DNA from: Camelus ferus
Taxonomy: Eukaryota
Direction of reading: 5' to 3'
NCBI RefSeq assembly: GCF_009834535.1
Contig: NC_045698.1
Location: 15,564,001-15,628,000, forward strand
Length of the DNA stretch: 64,000 nucleotides
Shown here: positions 38,570 through 52,592 of the stretch, in pieces
Position numbering within the stretch: position 1 is the first letter of the stretch
Layout of the letters: the number at the start of each line of letters is the position of its first letter
Program-made: the position numbers and the translations under genes
Notes under the pieces: generated by a model
Databases searched by the model: none
What the model was told of the DNA's origin: nothing
Seen by the model: only the letters and a program-made list of their open reading frames with translations

Positions 38570-40559
38570 GATAGGTAATTACAGAAATCGAATATCTTTA
38601 TTTCATTTTTAAAAAATAAGTCATGACTTTCAATTAAAGAGGCAATTTTGATTTCTTGGTTATGTGCCCCAATTTTCTAACGTATTTAATTTGTCTGCTT
38701 GTTTAATTTTTCCCACCGTTATCTTTACTATTTCTGGTAAACACATCTGCTCCTTCTTTTGTGTAAGTGAACCTGGACTGATCCACTGTGTCAGTCTAAT
38801 GATGTTGTTAATGACTGCATTTTGTCCCTTTGGCCATACTAGGGGCAGAGATCCCAGGTCTGGTCACCATTAGTAAGTATCTGCTTTTCCAGTCAGCAGA
38901 GTCCCTGCTTGACTATGAAGAGAGTCCCCGTCTCACCCTGCACTCTGGACAACATAATGGCGGCTCCTTGAAAATAGAAAAAGTCTACACACAATGGCAG
39001 ACTAAGATGAGAGAAACAAAGAAAGGAGAGAGGGAATCATTCTGACAACATCACGTCAGTTCCAGGAGTCATTCAGACTCTTCCACATAGAATGAACCCT
39101 TAAATCTCCTACTCTGAAAATGGTTTTGCCAGTCATTAAAAAAATATTGTCTAACTCACCTCAAAACAGAACCACCCACTTTTTTTCACCCATCCAATAA
39201 GCACTTACTGAATACTGACTGTATTCCATTGCCATAGATTTGAGGACTAATCCATCAGTAAGCCTCCAAAGATCAACATAGATAGAGATGTTGTTTCACA
39301 TCAAAGTCAGTTAAAAAAAAAAAAAGGTGCAGCAGATTTTACTGTTGCTAATTCTTCATCTTTTCCACAACTTAAAACAATTGTTTCTTGTATTAGGTTA
39401 AAGTAAGATGTCTACCAATCTTAACTGTGCAATGAGGGAAATCTGGATGGTTGATCTAGTGTGTGGGGAGCTCAGGATTGAGGGCAGAGCAGTCATGGTG
39501 TAAACTGCCATGTGAAGTCAAATGACACGTGCTGTCTCATTATGTACAGACGCTCACATGGTGGCACAGGCCTCTGCTCCTCCCATTTAAATAATGACTG
39601 CTAATTAAACTTTAATCAAATGCTTAGATTCATTCATCTCATCATGTTCCATATGAGTATTCTCTAAACCAGCTTTTCCAAACATTTATTTTTAATATGG
39701 GAATTCTTAAAATGAAAGCTTAGCAGCTACATCATTACGCAGAATACACGTCCAGTGAAGCAGTTTGGGGTACCTAGTTCCCTTTCCCAATCCAGAATCA
39801 TGGGTATACCCTGGAAAACTCATAATAATGCACAGAACACTTCTGAAATTCTCTGCTTGAATCTCTAAGATACCACAATTGAGCTGCTGCCCAAACGATC
39901 CCTCATGATTATGGGGTGGGAAACACTTTGTGTTGAACATGTTTCTTTAATCCCAAGGTTTGATCCTGTTCATGTAAAAAATACAAATCGTGATGTATTT
40001 TAGTTTAAAACAGGCTTCACTGATTGCCTCATAAAATGTTAAGTCCTCTGCTTCCATGGTCCTCCTATGCTTACAGGTATAACAAAATTTCCACCCATTT
40101 AATATCCTGAAGCTTTCTCTGAGAACTCAGTGTATCACTTGTTGGATTTGAGTACACACTTGCTGCTAATGATGCTTGAAATTTATTGGCCCTGTTCATA
40201 GGAAGGAGAATAAGAAAACATTTGAGCAGACAGCTCAGATATAAATCAGTTCACACACAAAATTAAAAAAAAAAAAAGCTTTCTACTTGAGGTTTAAGCG
40301 GTATCTTTCATGTTCTAGAATTATTTCTATCATGACTTAAACTCACAGTCCAAACCACTGTATAGTTGCTTGACTGTAGAGACTGACCCTTCTGGTTGTC
40401 TCCCAATTATTTGATCATAGTTAACTATTAAATTATATTTGGGATCAGGTATTCCACAAATATTATTAGTGTAATTTAAATTGGTAAGAAGGAGATATAG
40501 CTTTAAAAAGAAAAGGAAAAAAAATGATTTTGACACATGGCTCTGTCACAACATAAAAT

Positions 40560-40745
40560 CAGGCTTTTGGAACTAGAAAATACCTTGGAGAACATTGTTT
40601 CAATTACTTCATTTCACAGTTGAGGAAATTGAGAATCAGAAAGGCTAAGTGATTTCCTCAATATCATAGACCTAGTTAATTACAGAAATCAGAATAGAAT
40701 CTGGGTTATCCAATTCTCTCCCCAGAGTTCTTTCCATTACACCAA
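40560..40745 (-). mobile_element. MIR-family SINE
   Basis: ..catttcacagttgaggaaattgagaatcagaaaggctaagtgatttcctcaatatcatag..ctttccattacacca. Confidence 0.75.
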
Positions 40746-43700
40746 GTGAAATTACCTGCCACTATTTGGGGGCTAGATGGCTCATTAAAGCAGCCTAACA
40801 ATAATTAATAAATCAAGATATTATGGGCCTATAAAATTTAACACATTTACCAGTAAAAGAAACTTAGTTTTCTGATGGTTTCAGGTAAGATAAACTACAT
40901 TAAATGTATTTCACTATCATTTCATATGTAAATGTGTTAGTGAATTTATATGAAGAAAAAGTCAGTACCAACAAAACTGATCAGAGACTGAGAACATATC
41001 GATGCTGAGATTGGAAAGAACCCGCATCAATTTCAAGCTCCATTAGCAACACAGGAAAAATAACATGGAGTAAAATTAGTAGCCATAACCTTTATTATCA
41101 GACTTGGGTATGTGTGTAAAGAACAATATAAATCAAATGAAATGGGATCTTTTGATTATTAATAATTATGCTAATATTTTCTATTTGAATAATTTATATA
41201 AATGTGCAAACTATTTTTATAAATATTGTGTTCTTTGCCATCATTAATAATATTTTCCTCTTTTGTGATGAGAATGAGGAGCCTGAGGCTTGGGATATTA
41301 AAATATTTGTTCAATATATTGCAGCTCAACAGTTGAGAGGCTGGAAACATGCTCTTTGATTTTATTTTTAATTTTACTGTAATCTATTTTGGAAGTTTTT
41401 CAACAACAACAACAACACCAAAAATATTTTCCCCCAACATTTAACCCTATTTAAAAGGCCAATAATTTGTGGCCATGAAGAGGTAGCAATAGTGAGTATT
41501 TTCTGCACTTCACATCTTTTATCACATGTTATATATTGTGGAACATAAAATTTTATGAAATTATAGTTACATGCTTGAAATGGATGTTAAATCTCTTCAT
41601 TTTCTATGTCACAAGTGAGAGTTATAAACCTGAAAAATTAAAGCTACAATACAATTTATCTTACCCATAAATAGTCTACTATACATGATACACTTTGGAA
41701 GTAAATAATGATAGATAAGACTGAAAATACTTCTCTATGGAAAGCCATGTGATAAATAGCTAGAAATGCAATGATATAACCGGAATTATGGCACGTGAAT
41801 ACCAGAAAGACACTCTCTTCTTTTTCTCTGCTTTTACACACAATAACTAGTTGTGCATTGTTGGTTCAATCAGTTCAATTTTATTTCCTTTTTTATGGGG
41901 ACAAGAATCCCTTCCTTTTTCATGACAGATATGAAAATGTCAGATAATACATGTATTTTAAATAGTTGTTTTTTTCTCACTGTGAATAGGGAAACCAAAT
42001 AAATCTATAAATTCCAAAGCTAATGGATTATATATTAAATAATGGACTTGATTATTCAAAAATACTCATAAAATCTACAGTGATTTCACACCTCACAACA
42101 TTGTTTTCAATTTGGGGGTAAGAGGGTTAAAAGTTATTACATGATATAAAGTGATTTGAGGGCTGTGGATTTATTTCCTTAGGAGAAAAATCTGCTATAA
42201 AAGATAAGTTTAAAAAAAACCGTTTTTGTTTTTGAACTCTTCTGAATCTTGTAGGTTAAGGTTATAATACAAGGCTAAGAATCATGTGTGAAGGAGACAA
42301 AAAGAATTTTCAATACTGGGGTATAAATTCTCTCTCCTTCTTACTTTCCTCTTACTGCCCAATATAGCTGTTAATTTTCCTACTCAGTGACCCTATGCAT
42401 TTAATTATAATAAGTACTACCTACATACACAGTGAAACCAAAAACAAAACATTTAGGCATAGAGCAGCAACAGCAGTCAATGAAGGAAAAAAAAAGAACA
42501 AAACTAGAAAGTATCTTTTTTAAATCTAGAGTAAGTTTAAGCTTTCAAAATGAAAAATAAATATACATACACCCCAATGATAATGTCATTTTAGTCTCTC
42601 CTATTTACTATTAGCACCAACATTAATTTTCTCCTGCATATTTTATCTCAAATTGATTTTCTGTAGTACAGAGGACACAGTTTCCAGTTTAAAATAAGAC
42701 CTAAAAAGTTATGTCATTAATAACTGTAACATTGTCACTCATTAAGTATTTTTTAAAGTGTTTCTCCAAAATATCAGAGAAATCAGCTGAGTTACTATTT
42801 GCTATTTTCTGAGTGAAATTTCATTAAGTCTTTACAAAACATTTCCAGGGCCAGCATTTCAAAAACAGTAGTAAATAGTTTCTCACATAAAAGAAAATTT
42901 AAACATACAGGGACAATCTATTCTCCTGTGACATTGGAATGAGTATTCTTGGTGAACCACAGCTGGTCTCCTGAGAAGTTAATCCACCCTTTAGGGGGTT
43001 ACCCAGCACAGTGTGCTCTGCCTTTTCTTACTCATTTCCTTCCTCTGGGAATCTGAAAATTTTCTTCCTTTAAAATAGGGCACGTATAAGGAAAGAAGAA
43101 TCTCACTTTCACTACATTTAATACACATCTAAAACATTGTTTTAAAGCATCCCATACAGCCAATTAAATACCAAAGCAATCTTAAAAGGGGTCTTAAGTG
43201 TCCTCCAATTCCCTTCATGGCACTTAGATTTGAAGTGCTTCTCCCATTTACACTTTGCAGCAGAATACTTGCAAGGAATCCTTTAATTAGAGCAACAGTG
43301 GTCATTGATCTCTTGCTTTTTTATTTTTATTATTTTACAAACTAACTTTTACTTATTACCTGTTCTTAGCCTTGATTCATCCGTTCTTCAAATATCAATG
43401 AATGTCGACATCTTGTTCCACCACGAGAAAATTGTTCAATAACCTCTATATGCTTTTTTGTCACATACTTTTATCCTGGTCTTAAAAATGAAGCATGGAC
43501 ATTTAAAAGGCAAACTCGAGGCAGTCTCTTCTAACATTCCTATCTCATCTAATAGTATTTGATTCAAAACACAAGTCTAAGAGCAAATAAAAATTGACTC
43601 CTTTTTGTTCAATTCAGAATACAAACCCACTGAACTCTCCCTTCAGGTTTGATGCTCTATCAGTTAACACTATACTATTTTCACAAGAAATATGATTTGA

Positions 43701-44014
43701 TCTGAGAAGAACTTCAGCAGCCTGAAACATATATTCCCAGAACGCGTTTCTAAGAGTTCTGTAGCCATTAAATGTCGTCCATAATGCCTGTGATAAATCT
43801 CCCCATTAGTGAACAGGATCAGTTAAAGGCATCTCTTTGGAACTGCTATTCTAGCCTACAGGTGCCCACCTGCCATGGAATTTTCCAGTCATAAATGTGG
43901 ATAGGTCAATTTATCAGTGTTTCTCTCAAAGCAGTAACCTCAGCAGTAGTTTCAGGCTTCCTTTTAAATTTAGTTTTGTATTTATTTGCTTTTTTTTTTA
44001 AATGGAGATATAAC

Positions 44015-44210
44015 ATAGAATATCCTTTAAAAGCACAGACTCTGGAACTTAACTGCCTGAATTTGGGCCTGTGACCTTGGACAAAATGGTTAATTTCTTT
44101 TGCATCAAATGGGAATAATGGTGGCAGTTGTGATGATTAAATAATATAGTAAAAGTAAAGAGTTTATTACAGTAAAAAAAAAAAATAAGCACTACTAAGC
44201 AGTAGCCGTT
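44015..44210 (+). mobile_element. MIR SINE
   Basis: ..aagcacagactctggaac..ctgtgaccttggacaa..aaatgggaataat..gttgtgatgattaaataa.. Confidence 0.7.
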
Positions 44211-45392
44211 ACTTCCTTTCCACCCCTTCGGCCTCCATTCTTGTCTCCATCGTCGTCGGAGCCACTCTGCTCTTCCGCTGTTACTACTAAGGTTTAGTCA
44301 CAGTAAAATTCTGACCTTCTGTCTCTTCTTATGCTTAATGTTCTTTCTTTCTTTTATTCTCAGGTTTGCTAGGCTGAGCCAACATCTATGTGTACACTGT
44401 AAATGATGCATGGAATACTGAGACTGGGATCTGCTCTAGATCATATTATTCGGGTCTGCGTAAGTCCCAGAGACAGCTGGAAAGCTAGACACTGGCAGGC
44501 ATTTTTACCTGGGTCAGCCTAATCCAAAAAAGCAAGGAGTCTGGGTTTAACCTCTTGATTCTTGCTATAGCAACTCAGAATCAAGTCTGTCACTATGACT
44601 GTTCCTAGGTGTAAGGTGACATAATTATTGCGGATTCATTCTCCAGTTATAATGTGATGGCTGTCACTGCCTGGTAATACGGCAGAACCAGAAGGATGCT
44701 CACAGCTCTGCCACGGAGAAGAAACAATTATTATAGTCAATCTTCAAGTGATGGTGAGAATAGTACAAAATGTTTTACCTGCCATGCATATAAACACAGT
44801 CAATATGCAATTCATTTCACTGTACTCTTCAGTTATAAAAGTATATTTACATTCATTGAATATATATTCGGCTTAAAGCAAAGCCTGCAGTAGTTCCTAA
44901 AATCAATAGATTGTTTGCTTTCAATTCTTTACTTACAGCATCAGTAAAAAGAAGTAATCGAGAAAAGTTCATTGACAGTTTTCCTTTTTCTGAAGATTTT
45001 ATTCAGTCACTGAAATCATTACTGATAACATGAATTTTGAAAAAAAAAGGAAGTCATCATAATTGTGTATCTACTCTATGCAAAATAGCATGTTCACTTG
45101 AAAATTTCTTCCATTGTATAAATTTTTAAAAAAGTAATGCCAAGACATACTGAATAACCTGCCCAATCTTACATAGCTAGAAGAGAGGGAGTAAACATGC
45201 AGGTGTAAATGACTCCACACTCCACGTTTCCCACCTTTAATTGTTGCAGCTTTCAGTAAATAACTACTCCAGAACATTAAATCGTAAAAGACAGTAGGAA
45301 CTGCGGTCTTAGATTGCAATGAATTACGTGAATTTCTGTTTTTAGCAAACTATCTTAGCCTTCTGGGTACTGATTGTGAAGTCCACAGTGAG

Positions 45393-45950
45393 TATGGCAG
45401 TCGCTGCTAGCAGCCTATCCAATATCCATTTCCTCTTTCTTCTTACTAATAGGATCCGTCCATATTAATAGAATCTATTATCAATGAACTGTACCTTGGC
45501 TAGCAGTATGCCTAATTAAAATGCTCACCCCCTCCACCCAAATGCTTTGGGGACAAGATACACACGGGATTCCATTGGCTAATGAGGTAAACATGGAAGA
45601 AATCCTTTGGGGTTTTTAGGAAAACTTTTTTAAATGGACAGATTCATCTGGTATGTACTTTTTACTGCTTTTCTTTCATATTTCCCATTTTTTTCTTCAT
45701 CTTTTCCATGTCTTGCTGACATAATGGCTAGACACCCAGAAGCCACATTATGAGCATAGAGAAGAAAGCAGAAAGGTTAAGATGATGGATTGGAAAATTG
45801 AAAGGTCATTTTTAATATTATCTTGGAGTTGTGTACCAGATCCAGGATGTCTATCTGGCTTTCTTTCACAAGAAAAATAAATCTCAGTTTGTTGAAGAGC
45901 CTATAGTTGACTTTCTATTCCAAGCAGCTGAATCAAATTCTGACTTAGTA
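45393..45950 (+). mobile_element. Old MaLR LTR (MLT1J/K-like)
   Basis: ..ccaatatccatttcctctttcttcttactaatagg..ggctaatgagg..aaaataaatctc..gcagctgaatcaaattctgac. Confidence 0.6.
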
Positions 45951-48287
45951 GATGTTTTTCTTCACGCATCGGTATTTATGTCTGTAAAAGTTGTTTACAA
46001 TTTATAGTAATAATCACATCTATGTAAAACACATGCAAAAGAGAGAATATTAAATTCCTTTAAACATTCAATTGATAAATATAACATGAAAAAAGCCAAA
46101 ACGTTTTTGATTGAGCCATCTTATGTTGCATTTATTCCTAAATAAATACCTCAAGCAAAAATAACTAAATTATAAACTCTCTAATAATTAATGAAACAAC
46201 TATCTTTTAAAGATTTTTCAAGACAAAAAAGTTTAGGAGGAATTATGTTTATTGCAAATACAAACTACCCTCTCTGCTGTAAATCAGATAACAGTCCTAT
46301 ATACAAATTGGCATAAATTTGTTTTGATGCTTGTGTTTTAATAATCCTATTTTCATTGTTTAACTGTATTTTCTAATAAAATTAAAGATATGCTTTAAAA
46401 CAATAATCAGTTTTTTACTGGATTTCTTCTCCATATCCTTTCTGCAATGTAATTAAAATCTAATCAGAACAATTACAAATTGTCTATTTTTAAGTTGTTT
46501 GAACTTCTGTAAATAATATGTTTGAGAAAAAATAATTTTTTAAGGAAAGCAAAAATATGGCAATTTTTTTAGGGATGCACAGGCGATTCTTTTAATACAA
46601 AATATTTTATACAATTTAGTCATAACAGTTCGCATAGCTCCATCAGCCTGGAGACACATCATGGAGTAACGTGTTTCATTAGCCTACAGAGGCAAGATTC
46701 CGTGTGCCCAGCAATACTGAAAAAAATCAATATTATGAACATTTTTATAAAGTTCAGATTTCTGATTAAAGTGTGATTCTCTGAAAACTGCCTCAGAATG
46801 AATATAAATAGAAATACTTGCTTATTGAGTAGTCTAAAAAAGCATTTGGAATGCGTTTATAACTGACAGGTATCTGATTGGCTTTGTTTTGAACATTATA
46901 AATTGTGCTTTCAAAAATGATATAATATAACTGAAAAAAAATATTTGAACAAAAATCAGCTTTTGATTTAGTGTATTTATGCCTAAAAAGTGACTATTTT
47001 TCATTTTGATGATTCCTGTGTGGAAACTATATACATGTGTGCAGGGATCTTACAGCAGTCAGAGAATGGAATTTGTGTCTATAAATTTATGAATGATCCT
47101 TGCCTTATATAATATATAACATTTTCAGGATAATGCATGTATATTAAATATGTATAAAAAGAATTGTACTCTTCACATTTCCTCTAAGTACTCATATGAA
47201 TAATGTGTGAGTTGGGGAGATAATCCAGGGTTTATTTAATTGGATTTAGTAAATACAGTCCAATTTCACTGTTAATTAAAATATGATTATTATTCTTGCA
47301 TTGCTATTTCTTTATCAAAGTAACTGAAACAATCTTAAAAGCCAACCATTAACACGTGAAGTAAATTTTCCATTTATAGGTCCAGTTATCTAGAAGCTAA
47401 CAATTTCATTTAATCATGAGTCTATTATATAAGGAAAGCCAAGGAGAAAATGTCACAATAAACATTGCTATTGAGAATCAAGTTTTGAAATAACTTCAAT
47501 TGCATTCACAGTGGGTTGTCCTTCTGAATACGATGGGAAAGAATCATTTCATTCAATAATCTCAGTGCTGCATTGGCAGGGCTCACAAAAAGTGGGTAAT
47601 TGACATATACTTACATTAGGAAAACCACTTCACTATAATGTGGAAAATAAGTGTGGGTGTGATAAATGAGGAAATAATTTAAAGAGTAAATTATAGAATC
47701 AGTACTTGACATTCTAGAAAATTATTCTCCAACCAGCTCAAAAGTAAAGCAGTAGGTCTAGGATACAGGAACTTTAGTTCTTTTCTACCACCCAAAGAAA
47801 TAGAAATTGATCTTACTTGCAAAAGGTATATGAGAATGCATTTTAGTTTAGTTTACTTTGAATTAAAAAGTTTGCCCCATAAAATTTTGTGGATCAGTTT
47901 GATTTTATTTTGAACAAATGTTGTGTCTGTGTATTTCAAGACAATATACTATAAATAATGCATAATCATAGCTTTTGCTTCTCTATTTTGGTTAATATTT
48001 ACTCAGGACAAAGTTGAGAATGATGAGTTGGCTGTCATATTGATTTGCCTTTGGTGTATGGTCCCGAAAGATGGATTTCCTAACCAAAATATTCCAAACA
48101 ATCTTATGTTACCTCGTAAACCATCATCATCTAATCCTGTGTCCACTTAGAAGCTATTTCCAATTCCTCTAATGTGCTCCCACGTCTTTGTTTTGTTTTT
48201 CTCTGTTGAAGACAAATCATACTAAAGCTCCCCTATTCCTATGCAAGACATTCTTATCACTGGAATTTGAGCTTCTTGAAACTTCTT

Positions 48288-49214
48288 TTTTAAAAATTTC
48301 TTTTTTAAACTGAAATATCATTGACTTGTAATACTATATTAGTTCCTGTTACACAACATAGTGACTTGGTATGTCTATACACTACAAATGATTACCACAG
48401 TCAGTCTAGTTACCATCTGTCACCATACAAAGTTATGACGATACTCTTGACTCTGTTTCTCATGCTGTGTACTTCATCACTGTGACTCATTTACTTTGTA
48501 ACTGGAAGTTTGTACCTCCTAGGCTTCCTCATTTATTTCACTCATCCCCTCCACCCTGCTCCCCACTGACAACCACTTGTCTGTTCTCTGTATCTATGAG
48601 TCTGTTTCTGTTTTTCTTATTTTGTTCAAATTTTTCATTTTCTCAGATTCCACATATAAGCGAAATCATACGGTATTTGTCTTCCTCTGCCTATTTCACT
48701 TAGCACAATACCTTCTAAGTCCATCCATGGTATTACTAATGATAAGATTTCATTCTTTTGTTATGGCTGAGTAATAATATATATACCACATCTTCTTTAT
48801 CCATTCATCTATTTATGTATTCTTAGGTTACTTCCGTATCTTGCCTATTGTAAACAATTCTGCAATGAACATAGGGGTGCATGTATCTTTTCAAATTAGT
48901 ATTTTTGTATTCTTCAGGAAAAAAACCAGAACTGGAATCTCTAGATTGCATGGTATTTCTATTTTTAAATTTTTTGAGGAACCTCCATACTGTTCTCCAT
49001 AGTGGCTATACCAGTTTATATTCCCATCAGCAATGCATGAGGATTCCCTTTTCACCACATCCTCATCAGTACTTGTTATTTGTTGTCTTTTTGTTAATAA
49101 CTGTTCTGATTGGTGTGAGTTGATGTCTCACTGTGATTTTGATTTGCATTTCCTTAATGATTAGCGATGTTGAGCATCTTTTTATGTGTCTGTTGGCCAT
49201 CTAGATGTCTTCTT
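48288..49214 (-). mobile_element. L1 3' fragment (ORF2 end + 3'UTR), ~0.9 kb
   Basis: T-rich tail, then ..ctagttaccatctgtcaccatacaaagtta..tcagattccacatataag..gaacctccatactgttctccatagtggct..gatttgcatttcc.. Flanks CTTCTTGAAACTTCTT / CTTCTTAAAGCTTCTT. Confidence 0.9.
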
Positions 49215-49344
49215 AAAGCTTCTTACAGAAAATATTTCCCACTATTCATCTTAATTCTTTGTACATAATGGGTAAATAAATGTCTATTTTCTTTGCTTAG
49301 TTTTATAAGTAAATAAGGCACTTTGTTGGCAATATGAATGACTC

Positions 49345-49892
49345 TTATTTCACTCATTAAAAGCTCAATCCTTGCAGTGGCTTGTAAGTCCCTCTGTTTC
49401 CTGGCCCCCACCGCCCATTCCCATTGCTTCCTTAACATCAGCTCCTGTTACTCTCCCATGGCTCACTGGACTCCATGCACACTGGCCTGCCACCTCGTGG
49501 AACTTGCTTTGGCTGTCTCCTTGCCTAGAGTGCTGATCCCAGATATCCACATGGCTAATTCTTACTTCCTCTGGTTAATATCAATGCTCAAGTATCACCA
49601 AAATTAAGAAAATTTGCCAAAATTATGTAAAATTGCAACCCACTCTCACCTAGAACATTCCTGATCTTCCTTACTCTGGTCTGCTTAGTTTATAAGTAAC
49701 AGCAGTCACCTTCAAATGTACTGTGTGACACGTTCTACCTGACATTTGTTGTTTCTCTATCACCCTGTTAGGACTTAATTTCTAAGTGTGCAAAGGACAT
49801 TGACTGTTTGTATACTTGAATGTGCCCCAACCACCCAGAACAGTGCCTTGCTTGTTGGGATTATTCAAAAAATACTTTTTGAATTAATGAAC
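49345..49892 (+). mobile_element. L2 LINE 3' end
   Basis: ..cccagatatccacatggcta..cagaacagtgcct..caaaaaatactttttgaattaatgaa terminus. Confidence 0.75.
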
Positions 49893-50409
49893 AAATTTAT
49901 AATCACAAGTGTTTTTATTTTTTTGCCTAAATTATCTGAAATTGCACATCTAGTCAACTTGTTCTCCTACTGTCTGCAATGGTCATGTCACAACTATGCA
50001 CTGCACGTACAATCTCCAGCCCCAATCCTCTATTCATATGCTCAGATTGGCTTAAGCCAACAGAAGAGTTTTCAGTCTTCCTTCTACCAGCCTTTGATGC
50101 TGTTGACTATTTTCTCCTTGAAATAGTCTTTAACTTCTAAGGCACTACTCTGACCTGAGTTTCCTTCTACCCATCTGACCCTCTCATCAGTTTTCCTTAC
50201 AGGCGTATAATCCTTTCCCCACATATTGGATTCTCCACTTGTATGTCAGTTTTAGGCCACCTTCTCTTCTTAAAATCCTTTCTCATGTAACATCATTCAC
50301 TTTCACTCACCATTTTAATCCTTATTAGTATTCTCAAATAACCCTCTCATCTAAACTTCTGCTTTTAACTTCAAGACTGTTGAATATGAATATTCCTCAA
50401 AATTTACCT

Positions 50410-50505
50410 TTTAATTATTTTTTTTTTGGGTGAGGGAGGTAATTAGGTTTACTTATTTATTTTATATGCTAAGCATGTGCTCTACCACTTGATCTACACT
50501 CTCTT
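50410..50505 (-). mobile_element. Camelid SINE (Vic-1-like) with internal deletion
   Basis: T tail, gggaggtaattaggttt, then directly ..atgctaagcatgtgctctaccact.. TSD-like CTCAAAATTTA / CTCATAATTTA. Confidence 0.8.
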
Positions 50506-52164
50506 CCTCTCATAATTTATGTTTACTTAGTAATAGTCTTACCTCAATCCTTCAGTAAAGAGTTTTTGTTATTATTATTGAAATTAGTATTATCTGTGTT
50601 ATTCTCTTGCCTATCTCATTTTATAATTGTTTGAAATAATATGTCATTTTATTTAATAGTTGAAGAAATCATTTTAAGAATATTAGCCTCAACAACTAGC
50701 TGTATTCAAATCCACCAGATTTTGATTTTAGGAAGATCTCTATTTTCAGATTAATTAGGACACATCTAACAAAATAAAGGTAGATAAGGAAATTATCTTA
50801 TTCAGGCTCCTCATGCACTAATATAAAAAGAAGATGGAAACACTGACCACAAAGTAACAATAATGGTTCTCTCTACTATCCCTATTTTTGAAAATTTTGT
50901 TTACACTAATGAATATGCAACACCTAGAGCTGAGAACATTATCTTGTCTGACTCTGAATATTTTCTGGCTTTGCTTCATTCTACCGTTACTGTTAAGTTG
51001 AGAATCCTCAAAGAATCACTTCATGGAGATACAAATTGAGAATACTAAGGACGAACCAGGCAGCTGGGAGAAAATGGTAAAGTCTGAAAGTCTTCCTAGA
51101 TTTCCTTCATTTATTCACAACCGCAGAGCAGCTAGGCTACGTGGTAGGTGTTGGCCGATGTTTTCAACACCTGTTGTACTTACTGTTTTCTCTTGTTACT
51201 TTCCTAGATTTCCATCACTGTTATTGTTCATCTGTTTATTTATTTTCAGTTGCCAAGGAACTGATTGTGTATGTGTGTGTGTGTGTACATAAGTGGAGTA
51301 GGGTGGGGAGGAGTGAGGAGACAGAACAGAGAAAGACAGAGGAAGAAAGAAATTCAAGAGGCGTTAAAATGGAATTTGCATTCACTAAGAAGCAAGCCAC
51401 ATGAAGGCGGTGGACTTCCTCTGTTTTCTTTAGGGCTGTATTCCCAACACCGCTGTATCCCTACTTAATGGGCACACAACGTACATCTGTTGACTATATG
51501 GTGGAAGTGATAATATCTACCTTATGGGATTTTTATGAGGATGACATGAGTTACTTGCAAAAGCAATTAGAACTTGGCCTGGCACTTAATATGCAAGTTT
51601 TTTCAACTGTATTTTTATTATTAAAGGTCTCAAGTTTCACACCTACTTCAGGTTTGATTATATATTTTGCTTTTTCTGGAAACTTGCTTATGAGGACTTT
51701 TATTTTTGTGAGTCTGGTGATGTTGGTGTTAGGCACTCACTTTATTGGAACTTTATCTGAAGAAATTTTTGAAGTCCGAGTTTAAGAAACATTCCTCAAC
51801 AGGAGATGTGAGCTCTCATCTCCCTGGCCTCTGGGATCACCTCCAACCTGAGACCATTTTTAAACCACATTTTTGACTTGAAGTTTTTCTGGGACCCCTA
51901 CCCAGCATGAAGGAAAGCCCTGGAGAAGAATTCTCTGGAGAGCCTTCTCTTCTCCATCTCCACCCACAGCCACTTCTATGCAGGTATGCTTATCTCTCAT
52001 CTTCTGTGGGGTGGAACTTGCTTAATTTTTTTTGTAAGCCTTACCCTTATTCAAGGATGTCGATCTGAGCTCTGATTCTACTGGAACCACAGGGCCACAG
52101 TCTTTGTCTTCTGCTATGTGTGTGTGGACCCTAAATCTGAGATCTCATGCTGAATGGACATGAT

Positions 52165-52592
52165 GGCTGTGGAAGTGCACCAGTCAGGTCTTCTTCAACA
52201 GAACCTGATACAGGCAGCCAATTGACTGATTGACCCTACAGTTGTCCTTTGAATGCACTGCCACCAAGGCCATGCTTCCCCCAGGCTGTCAACAGCTAAT
52301 AACCAAGCTAGACAGAACTACTAGTGCCAGCTCATTCTTGCAGGATGCAGCCACATGTGACTTTGGCTAGAGGACTCCCCACGTGCCTGGCCAATGAGAC
52401 ATTTTTCAGAACTGTCCTGTGTCATATGAAGGTCTTCTTAGTGTCCTTCATGATTTCACAGATGTCGGACCTGCACCACAATCCAAAGACTCTCCCTGTC
52501 TTCTCTGGCACCTTCTGACTGATACTTCACATGCTTTTCCCACCCAAATCTCTTGCACATGGAATCACTATTTGGTGATTAGAACTGACACA
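52165..52592 (+). mobile_element. ERVL LTR16-like solo LTR
   Basis: ..ggccatgcttcccccaggctg..gactttggctagaggactcccca..cacagatgtcggacctgcacc..aaatctcttgcac.. match the remembered LTR16 motifs. Confidence 0.7.
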
